From assembly GCF_006345805.1 (NCBI RefSeq), contig NC_043000.1:143716001-143780000 (forward strand): a stretch of DNA of 64,000 nt. The letters run 5' to 3'. The stretch is from Octopus sinensis. Its lineage: Eukaryota. Below the pieces are notes generated by a model that was given only the letters and a program-made list of their open reading frames with translations, ran no database searches and was not told the origin of the DNA. Of this stretch, positions 38,585 through 49,311 are shown one piece after another (the stretch's first letter is position 1; each line of letters starts with the position of its first letter). The translations under genes were made by a program, and so were the position numbers.

Positions 38585-40272
38585 ATATATATATTTAGTT
38601 TATATTTACAGTGTACTCGAACTCACATAATTAAGAAGCGAATTTCATAGCTGTACAAATATCCTTCCATATTACGACGTATAATTTGATATAATACGTA
38701 ATATAATTTACTGCTCATAGTTATTAACAAAGTTCCAATAACACTGGAATAATTGTAATGATTAAACTTTACCTTTTAAAAATTTGCAATAATCTGTATC
38801 ACCGCATTCCTATATTTTCCCACTTTAATTGTTCTTACAATATTGAAATTTTCGCTGCACAATTTGTTAATTCATATTAGATGCCGATAATATATATTAA
38901 TATAGTGGTTTATATGTGTGAATCTAAATGGTCGATATTACAACTTTCCTTGAAGTGATATCGCTCTACTTCATCTCATACAAATGATATGACATGTAAC
39001 ATAATATCATTACTATGGATTATTAACACGTTAAGGAGTACTGGCAATCACCGCGCTCTAACTGATAACAATTCCCTTTATGATCGTATGTTCCCTTTAT
39101 GAAATCATCAATCGACAATATGACTCCGTAGAAAGAAACTGAGATAGGATCAATTTATATATTCTATGTATTGCATGGTTTGTGAAATGATCAGTTCTCT
39201 ACTTCTAAATACACAATTGTGTGTAGATTCAAAGGCGGCGTTAATCGATGTATTGTATTCGTGGTTTTCTTTTTAACGTATATTTGATATTTCAATTGAA
39301 TTTTGAGATTAGCTCTATTTCTGGCACACATATTATGGTATTCTGTCGAAAATAATATGGTAGAGTATATGCAGATTTCTTTGAAGAAATCAGATTTAAT
39401 TTCGAGCATATCTGTGAAATACTTCATTATGTATGATATTTTGTAAATATTTTCTTTGGGAATTCAAGCGTAGTTCATTTTGTAAATTAGTCTTTAGGAT
39501 ATCCTGTTTATAAAACTATAAAATATATTATATGTGTCGCAGAATTAAATAATAGTTGTGTTAAATAGTGAGAAAAATATGAGTGGCATATGTAACATCC
39601 GCACTCTAGGAAACTATACACGAAAATATGAAATGGAGAAAACGCTGAGAAGTAAATGCATGGGTATCACCCGCAGAAGCACACCTGCTTATTTTATGCA
39701 GCATTTGCAACTACAGACTCACGAACCAAAGAATAAGTTTGTGTATTATACCTCAGATGAATATAGTTGTAATTCAAAGTTGGGTTCCATTAAGTCCTGT
39801 ATTTTCACTATAAAAAAAATTAATGCAAAAATTTACAAACTGCAATTTGTAGAAAATATCAAGAGGTTACCGATATAGCAATATCACTCCGAACCGTTAT
39901 ATATTTCAACCTTTGTCTACGCCAGTATGACTTTAACCATTGTTTGTTGGCAAAATAAAAATTAGCACATTGCGAAGTTCCCGTATAAAAGCATTCATGG
40001 AGTTTCGAGGAATACAATTAATTATTCTTGATGTGATGGCCGTATTTTAAAGTAATAAAAGAGTGGATTTGATTATTTCTATTATTATCAGCCAAAGATC
40101 TCGTATATCAAACCAGATGCTTTATCAAGGAGCCACAGCTCAGATATTTAACTTTTACATGTACTAAAGAAGATGACATTACAACGGCCGGGTGGCTTTT
40201 AGTCATAGTCTTGGTGATAAAATTTGACATGAAGCTAATCTACATCCTAAAGAAAACTCTCTGTGCAGAGAA

Positions 40273-40428
40273 TAAAATGTAAAATCCCAAACTGCTATAT
40301 TGAACGCCATTTATTAGACGACTGCATGATATATTCGCGTGATTAGTGATGTACTTAACTATGCAGATTCGCCGAATACATGCGATAGTACATGTCTGCT
40401 ATTAATTGCGCCAAGGTTTTCCTGCATT
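40273..40428 (+). repeat. 156-bp segment duplicated in inverted orientation at 42600-42755
   Basis: By-eye alignment gives 6 mismatches in 156 bp and no indels. Confidence 0.92.
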
Positions 40429-41222
40429 GCGTAAGTTACTGTTTCAAGGCTTATTGAAAGATCACATGAACAAAAATGTAACAGTAACATAAATAGTAAG
40501 GTGAACAAAAAAATCAGGTCATTGGCAGCATCGATAATTTCAACAGAAAAGATAATGAGGAAAATCAGAAGTTGTAAAGATGCCATACGCTTAAATACAA
40601 TATTCATAAAGAATACAAATAATATCAGCCTCATATATAGGGTAACCCAAAAGTCAATAAGGCGTTGCAATCTTTGATAATTCTTTTAGTTTTTTGACTT
40701 CATTTCTTGACAGGGATTTCAAGGACTTTTAAGAGAAATATAGTACCGCACAACGCATCAAAGTGGTGAAATTACTCTGTCTAAGCCAGAGGGCGATTAT
40801 TCAAACCCAGAGAACACCAGAGAGAATAGCAACCCATAACGAGTACAGTATGGTGCGCAATGACAGTTGATGGCATAATCAGGCCTTATTTCTTTGAGGA
40901 CGATGATGGGAATGCTGTCATTGGGATCGGTGTGTAGTACAGATACTTGATCGAGAACCTTTTTGCGCCCGGCCATTTAAAAGAGGCCTGATATGTAGTT
41001 CCAGCAAGATGAAGCAACGGCTCATACGACAAGAGAGAGAATACGGTTGCTGAGGCAATATTTTGGAGAAAGGATCATCTTTCGCTACTGCGATGGCAAC
41101 TGGTCATCGCTTTCCCCAGACTTGACAAATATAGACCTGTAGAGGTACGTCAAGGAGAAGGCTTATACATTATTTACATTATTTACATTTGACGGATATT
41201 TGTCCTCATCTTGTTTGTTCTT

Positions 41223-41268
41223 AACACAACGTTTCGGCTGATATACCCTCCAGCCTTCATCAGGTATC
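41223..41268 (-). ncRNA. Minimal (dimer-type) hammerhead ribozyme motif
   Basis: gatac-CTGATGA-A-GGCTG-gagggtatat-CAGCC-GAAAC-GTT-gtgtt: perfect 5-bp helix II, 5-bp helix I with two G-U pairs, loop-less palindromic helix III (AACGTT), GUU triplet. Confidence 0.75.
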
Positions 41269-41341
41269 TTGGGGAAATTTCGAACCTTGGTTCTCATCTT
41301 GAGATGTTGTTGTTGTTGTTATTATTATTATTATTATTATT

Positions 41342-41864
41342 AAAGTGACACTGGGGTAAAATATACGAAGCCCAATATACCCATCATGACTACCCGTCTG
41401 ATAAAGGTACACCAGGCACATGCATCACAACCATATGTGCGCGACATGGTGATCTCATATCAAGATAAACAGCACATGACCTTGCAGGTGGGGCCCAGTT
41501 AGAATTTTCTTCAGGTTGAGTAGCCCATCCCGCTCAAAAGGTCCCTGAATAAGGGTTGTTTAAGGATGTTGAAAGAACCACCCATGTTTCCAGAGGTGAA
41601 TTATTCAAACCCCATAGACTCCCTCTCAACACATGGCTATGATGCTCCCCACTACTTCTGCTCGTGATCAGAGATGCACATATCATCAGCCACTAAGGGA
41701 CATGCTCAACTGGTTATTGTCAAACAACTGACAAGCAAATCTGTGGTATTGAGCAGAATATTTGCTGTAGCCCATCTTTTATACCAAGACAAAACAATGT
41801 ACATGATAACACTTCCAATCAGTTAAGAACAGAAGCCATGAGAGCCACTGCCTGGTACTGCATC
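41342..41864. mobile_element. Interspersed repeat 'family D', longer copy, inserted in (ATT)n
   Basis: Colinear with 11116-11550; (ATT)n on both sides (41320-41341 and 41865-42070). Confidence 0.85.
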
Positions 41865-41939
<75 letters not shown>

Positions 41940-41962
41940 CATCATCATCATTATTATCATCA

Positions 41963-42039
<77 letters not shown>

Positions 42040-42571
42040 GTTATTATGATTATTATTAATATTATTATTATTCAGATCACTGCTCAGAATCGAATTCAGA
42101 ATCTTGGGGCTAGTAGCCCGCGCTCTTAACCACTGCGCCATACATGGAGCACTTGAAGGAGACTATCACTAGAAAAATGAAAGAACTGGACCTTGAAACC
42201 CTTACAGCTATCATGGAAAATATTTTGGAAAGGGCATGGATGTGAGTAGCTGAAAATGGATGCCATTTAAAAGATGTCATTTTGCAAATGTAATGCAGAT
42301 TTTTGATGAGTATGGTCTAATGCAAATTAATCTCCATCATCATTTCGTCTATATAGAATTAAAAGTCCACACTCTTATTTGTAAAACTGAACGAGTTATC
42401 AAGAATTGAATCCCTTCAGTGACTTTTGGGCCTCCCTATAATTATGGATTAGAGAGAGACGTGTAAAATCCTGCTTAATATATATTACCATATTTAGCAA
42501 TGCTAATAACAATGACTCAAATAGTTGCATACAAAGATCAGTATGAACATGTTACATACTTTCGTAACTCA

Positions 42572-42945
42572 TACAAGGGGTATCGAAATGTTCCTGGTAA
42601 ATGCAGGTAAACCTTGGCGCAATTAATAGCAGAAATGTATTATCGCATGTATTAGGCGAATCTGCATAGTTAAGTACATCACTAATCACACGAATATATC
42701 ATGCAGTCGTCTAATAAATGGCGTTCAATATTGCAGTTTGGGATTTTACATTTTAAGTGTGTCGGGAAAGGCCTGGTTGAAGGCCAAACATCCAAGTTTT
42801 TTTTACAAAGATAAGAAATTTTGAAAGACAGCTGCCATAAATGTGTGAATCTGAGAGGGGAATATGCTGAATAAAATGATAGTCAACTGAACCTCCTGTA
42901 CTTTGCTTTTCTCAAAAGTCAGGAACATTTCTGTTCCTCCACTCT
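42572..42945 (+). mobile_element. Mariner deletion derivative containing a captured local 156-bp segment
   Basis: Left end ta-caaggggtatcgaaatgttcctgg pairs with right caggaacatttc; C-terminal remnant AWLKAKHPSFF...HKCVNLRGEYAE* at ~42765-42875. Confidence 0.6.
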
Positions 42946-43871
42946 TTCTCTAACCGGGTACAATTTTGGAAAATATAAGTTACTGAAATTTTTAATACTG
43001 TATTATTGTATTATTGTTTATATACGTATAATGGACTTTGCTACATACTTGAGAGGAAAAAGTGTTCACGTATAATTGTTGAAGTAGCACCCTGAGGGTC
43101 ATTGGTCCGTCCAAACAAAATAGATCAGAGCTAACAAGACCGATAAAGCAGACAACGGGCGAGACTTCATAAAAACATAAAAAAGTATTAACGTCGATAA
43201 AAGCCACATTGCCGCAAAACAAAAGAAACAAAAGAAATACTATAAAGGTTATATCAATATAAAATCAACAGATGGAATTAAAAAATGTCTCAGTTGTTGT
43301 TGAAAATAAATGTATATAACTCACCGATATAACCTGGTGAGTATAACCGTGAGATAATCAACGAGAGAGACATTGGCAACGTTAAATAACCGAATTGTCA
43401 TGGACACAACTAATTAAAGGTAACAATTAGGTGATACAATATTTTGGACACTATATTGCGCTTATGCTTTTCTCTCTATCTCTCTTTGCTCCCCCCCCCA
43501 CCCGATACACATTGTAATATATTCAACTATTTCTTCAGTTATACTGATGCTATTATTATCATTATTGTCGTTATTATTATCACTATTGCTGCTGTTGTTG
43601 CTGTTACTACTACTAATACCACCACCACTACTACTACTACTGCTGCTGCTGTTGTTATTATTATTATTATTATTACTACTACTATTGTTATTTTTATTAT
43701 TAATTATATATTTGTTTGCCTTTGTTTTACATCTGTATTATTAATGTGTTCAATATTTATTGTAACACCCAAGGAAAATACAAATGAAATAGACAAAACA
43801 TAACCTATTCTTTAACAATTCAGCCATTTTGATAAAGTGCCAGTTATACATACATATGTACATATATATAC

Positions 43872-43915
<44 letters not shown>

Positions 43916-44193
43916 CGGTTATGTCCTTTGCTTTTTCTACCTTTGTCTCATCGTCTCTATTCGTTCGTTTTTTATCCCCATTGTTGCTCACATTTTCACC
44001 CGTTCAATAACTCACATTTACATATGTATAAACATACCTCCACTATTTTCCTTTTATCATTTCATTTATTCTTTCGTTCTAAAAGAATTAACATTATTAT
44101 TGCTTTTCATAAGCTTCAGAATATTTATAACTATATTTGGAAAGCATGAAATTATGCCAAAAGATCTCTCTATCTGTCTATCTATCTATCTAC

Positions 44194-44228
<35 letters not shown>

Positions 44229-44307
44229 ACTATTTGTTTATCTATCTATTTGTTTATCTATCTATTTGCTTATCTATCTATATTTATCTATATATGTATA
44301 CGCACAC

Positions 44308-44364
<57 letters not shown>

Positions 44365-44664
44365 TACATATCTATTTATATATCTAGTTGCCTGTCAGTC
44401 TATACGCACATACACACACACACATACACACACACACATACATATATATATACATATGTATACTTAAAGTATACATCTTCATGTTTATGTGTATCCCTTC
44501 CAATCTATCATATATTTTTTTCTATTTGTCCACTCACGCACACATTCACACACTTAGACAATCAGACACAAAACACACATATATATGTAGATACGTATGC
44601 ATATGTGTGTGTGTGTGTATACATGCATAAACACATGTACATACATGCGTTTGTATATACATAC

Positions 44665-44808
<144 letters not shown>

Positions 44809-46099
44809 ATATATATATGAATATACGTGTCCAATTGTTTATATTCCTGCGCATGTGTGATAAGAATATTCGTTTCTTTCAGAGTTGAATCGTTGCATAA
44901 ACATTGCTTACAAAAATCGGAATGTCAGATAATTTCATCTATCTTTGGAAATATTCCAAAATTCTTTAAAAAAAAAACGTCTTACGAACTTGATTTTCCT
45001 GCCGAAGTAAACGGAGAAAAATTCTTGAACTTGGCGTCTCTATACTACATCACTGCTGATGGTGATGATGATGGTGATGATGATGAGGAGGAGGAGGAGG
45101 AGGGGGAGGTGTAGGAGCAGGACGACGAAGACGACCATGATGATGTGAAAGACGTGCAGGATGATGCTGAAGTGCATGATTATTATGGTGATGATGAGGA
45201 TGATGAGGATGATGACAACATGGAGTTCAACGAGGGCGGTGAAGACGATGACGACGACGATGATGATTATGATGGTGATGGTGATGGTCTGTTAGCATTC
45301 ATGATTGCGTTGCTGTAAGTTACGGTCGGTGCTGGGTAAGGGAGAAAATGAAACAAAATAAATAATTCAAGGCAGAGGAAATTAAAGAAAGTTAAGTGAA
45401 TACATCATTTTGTTCATCCAATGGCATTGTACAGTTCCTAGCATGTCAACTCACCGCAATATATGAGGAGGTTCTTAATCTACTTAAAGTATCACATTTA
45501 TTTATGGATATTAGTATCGGTTTGGAACAGAATGATATGCTAGTAAAATAAATAAATTCTGTCTGAGAAGGACGTTAAGAGATCAGTTGAAGTATTTGAA
45601 TACTTTTTATATATTCGCACATATATTACTGCTATGCTGTATGCATTTTTATATACTTATGCATACATATATGTGTGTTCATGAGTGTGTTATATACGTG
45701 CGTGCATGTTTTTTTTTATCTATCTCTCCGTGGTGTATGTGGAATCCAGTATACATGTGTTTGTATACTTGTCTTCGTTGATGTTTCCACACACACATAC
45801 AAACAGACACCACACAAACATATTATGTAAATTCATAGAGAGACAAGTTCATAGAAAAATAGATATATTGTAGGGAATGCCTTTAATTAGCTACGTCAAT
45901 TCCTTTTGGACATAGAAATAGAGCAATCAATTATGAACTGAATATTTTATAAGCAACGATACGATCTCCCGGAATAGCTACGACTTGTACAACTTTGTGT
46001 TTTTCGCTGTTTGACGTATTATTTCCTTCGTATGTGCAGAAATTGTTGTAACCATTGAACGACCATCATAATGATAATTATTATGAGGGCGACAATGAT

Positions 46100-46460
46100 C
46101 ACACAAGATTTGTAGGACCCTATCTCTGGAAGTTTTAGTAGTCATTTGGAGCAAGCTAAGATAAGTATAGTGAATCTAGTATATGGTCTCAGTTTGGAGG
46201 GCAACTTGGAAAAGAAGTAATTTTGGCCTTGCTCGGGAAGACGGCTTGTCATTTATTTGAATCCACTGTTAAAATTACGTATGTTGGGTGAGGTCTATAA
46301 GCGGGTGGATTATCTAGGAAATATGTGTACCAGACATAGAAGAGATTTGTATTCATGTTGATGTCAATGAACTTTATTTCCAACAAAATTCCTCTAAGGC
46401 ATGAATGACCTATAGCTGTTAGAGTCGTGTGGCTCGGACTTCCGTACTGGTGGTAATTGT
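46100..46460 (+). mobile_element. Possible highly decayed L1/Tx1-type LINE fragment
   Basis: Pieces TWKRSN / LALLGKTACHLFES..TY and (G)LGLP resemble the post-RT WxxRxLSLxGK...GGLGLP region; frameshifts are needed. Confidence 0.3.
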
Positions 46461-47128
46461 GGAGTAAGAGAGTTCTTCAAAGTGATACAAAAATCTGCGT
46501 CACTTTTATTGTGTGTAGGGCGGCACGAAATTTGCTGAATGATGCATTTTTGAGGAATGCAACACACTGTAGCATACCTCCAAAGAAAAGGATATATCTT
46601 CAAAGAGAGAGAGAGATAGATAGGAGAGATAGACTGAGGCGAGAGAGATAGAGATGCGAATTGAAGTCTTTATTTTCTATAGATTCTAACTTTAGTGCAC
46701 ATATTTTGAGAGTATTTCAATGACATTATGAGGGTGGGTGGCTTGCTGCTTTCAAGCCACTGGAGTTGTTTACATACTTTGCATGCATGGCGAGTTTGTT
46801 TTGCGTTAATTAGCTTATTGTTGAGGAAAGAAAAAAATCCGATATAATTTGAATTGTATGTTGTTTTTTTCTGCAAAGGAGGTAGAAAAACGTATATTCA
46901 TATGCCTTCGCGCCAAGAATATTGTTTAGAGAAACATCATAGTTATGAAGTGCTGGAAACACAGTTTCTTAAAAGATCGTTTGGATTATTTTTGTCAATA
47001 AACCAAAAGAACTGGGTACTGTTTGTGAGACAGGAGTTTAAGACATGGTCAATCTGTATAAATATCGGATACGATCCATTTAATAGTCATCTAAGTGTTA
47101 GTTGTGTAAAAGCCATTAAAGTTTCATC

Positions 47129-47535
47129 AGGCGTAGGACTGGCTGTGTGGTAAGTAGCTTGCTAACCAACCACGTGGTTCCGGGTTCAGTCCCACTGCAT
47201 GGCATCTTGGGCAAGTGTCTTCTGCTATAGCCCCGGGCCGACCAATGCCTTGTGAGTGGATTTGGTAGACGGAAATTGAAAGAAGCCTGTCGTATATATG
47301 TATTTATGTGTATGTGTGTGTGTGTATGTCTGTGTTTGTCACCCTAGCATTGCTTGACAACCGATGCTGGCGTGTTTACGTCCCCGTCACTTAGCGGTTC
47401 GGCAAAAAGAGACCGATAGAATAAGTACTGGGCTTACAAAGAATAAGTCCCGGGGTCGATTTGCTCGACTAAAGGCGGTGGTCCAGCATGGCCGCAGTCA
47501 AATGACTGAAACAAGTAAAACAAAAGAAAAGAAAA
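47129..47535 (+). mobile_element. SINE family 2, full length
   Basis: Head aggcgtaggactggctgtgtggtaagtagc, B-box-like gggttcagtccc, CORE-like ttgggcaagtgtcttctgctatagcc, internal (TA/TG)n, 3' end gcagtcaaatgactgaaacaagtaaaa plus A-rich tail. Confidence 0.92.
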
Positions 47536-49242
47536 GTAGCGGTGCCGATTTACTAGTGTGTATGGGAAAGTATGTCCCGACGTTATGTCTAAATATAGCA
47601 ATAAGTGCACCCGAGTCCACGTGATGTTTTGTCTGGGATTGTGCAAGTACTTGTCTAAGAGCGGAAATATGTAACTTCAATCTACAAATTATGTATTAGC
47701 AATAGTATTTTATGTACAGATCATATTCGTTGAAAAGCGAGAAATTAATAAGCATAATATTATTTTAGAATTACACTGTCTACTAATTACATTGAAGACT
47801 AAGGCAGCGAGTTGAGAGAATTATTACCGCGCTGAGAAAAATGCTTAGCGGCACTTCTTTCGACTTGATGATCAAATGCTGTCCACGGTTATTTTGCCTG
47901 TCATAATTTTGGGGTAGATAAAATATGCACGATTTGAACACAAGGGCCGATGTAATCGAATTATCCCCTAAATTGCTAGCCATGTGCCAACAACTGAAAT
48001 AAACAATTACATTGAAGAATAAATATATATTTATTACATCTTTAAGCGAAATGTCAATTTTTTATATGATTAACGTACCATACACCATTGTAACACAAAG
48101 AATGAACCCGATATATTTGCGTTTTAATTGGCATAAAGTTATGCATTATATAACGTAATGCTACCTGTTTTCATTGGACTTGTCTTTCTTTTAAACGGCT
48201 CTGCTCTTATCTATCGGCGAGTTCAAAGACACTTTGATCGTTCCGAATGTAAGTTCTTTCAAGTCAAAATATCTGCAGAATTTTTATATCATTTTGTATA
48301 GACATTTGTATAGACTATTTGTATAGGGCATACATACCAATATTTACCATATTGTTACTAGTCGTACATAGTATGGCCACAGTCCGTAAGGTAAATCTTA
48401 TAAGACTAGTAACATCGTATCTCCATAGATATCATTGCACTAAGTTTAACGTGAATGAGATGCCCAAAGATAAATAGACTATCATATGGGATCCTCTCGT
48501 CTACTTTTTGACTGTAATGTACTGTGGACATATGTAATATGCCCTTTACACATTTTTCCATGGTATAGTGTGATTAGTATTCAAATTTGGTATTAAGTTT
48601 ATTTAGGTCCACCTAGCAGTCTAAGAATCGTTCATTTCCTAGTACAAAGAGGAAACCTTGCCGTTAAACCTGCCAAAATTCGAGAACTCCCGTGGTTTTC
48701 CAAACATAAATGTACATGATATTTATACCTTCTTTTTTAGAAATATTTTGGTTGTAATTCTGTGGCAGCTGTAAGCTACCGGTTTAGATGCGCGTTGTGC
48801 ACTGCGTTCAAATATTGTTTCTTTCGCTGTCGCTCTTTGGTTTACTCCGAAAGCTACGTTCAATGTCTTGTTGAGCATATTATTCGAACTTCATGAAATC
48901 ATAAGCTGACATCTGGAGTAATTTGGAACACATTATGCTAGAAAGAAATGTGGTGTGGTTATGGAGGTTATGCCAATGTCCATGCCTATTGGCTTGATCA
49001 AAGCTGATCAGAAGCTATAAAGCAACGAGGAAAACATCAGCAAATTCGTTATAATATGGACATTTCTTATTATTTCAGTGCTGTATGATAACGATTGGTT
49101 GAGTGAAGTCGCTAATCCATTGTAGATATAAAAGAAGTGAAAGTGAGAGAGAGAGAGAGAGAAAGGAGCGAGAGAAATAGATAGAGATTAGTAGAGAGAG
49201 AGAGAGTGAAAGAGAGACAGAGATTGAGAGAGAGATAGGAAA

Positions 49243-49311
<69 letters not shown>

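Larger units (their letters stand above)
41171..42140 (-). mobile_element. tRNA-headed short element (head 42071-42140, (AAT)n, hammerhead-containing 3' module 41171-41306), split by a family D insertion
   Basis: Head tggcgcagtggttaagagcgcgggctactagccccaagattctgaattcgattc has an A box and a degenerate B box; hammerhead core in the tail; ends in (aatgtaaat)n; atacat at 41165-41170 and 42140-42145 flanks the composite. Confidence 0.65.
40638..42438 (+). mobile_element. Internally deleted Tc1/mariner element of rosa/DD41D type, split by nested retroposons
   Basis: 56-bp imperfect TIRs (40638-40693 / 42383-42438) with TA on both sides. N-terminus EKYSTAQRIKVVKL, then RVTVWCAMTVDGIIRPYFFEDDDGNAV...FQQDEATAHTTRE...FGERII...WSSLSPDL...YVKEKAY (40840-41168), resuming as EHLKETITRKMKEL...NGCHLKDVILQM* (42146-42292). 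Confidence 0.85.

Noticed and set aside
40359-40670. 103-aa hydrophobic ORF that looks like a secreted or membrane protein
   Set aside because: Starts within the transposon TIR and ends in the duplicated 156-bp segment; the F/L/I richness is expected from the antisense of A-rich DNA. Same reasoning for 25555-25758.
40795-40825. Short match to family D (gattattcaaaccc)
   Set aside because: Falls in the transposase frame just before the RVTVWC motif; chance similarity.
42071-42140. Candidate genuine tRNA gene (also SINE heads elsewhere and 37229-37245)
   Set aside because: No complete cloverleaf or acceptor stem; these are tRNA-derived repeat heads.
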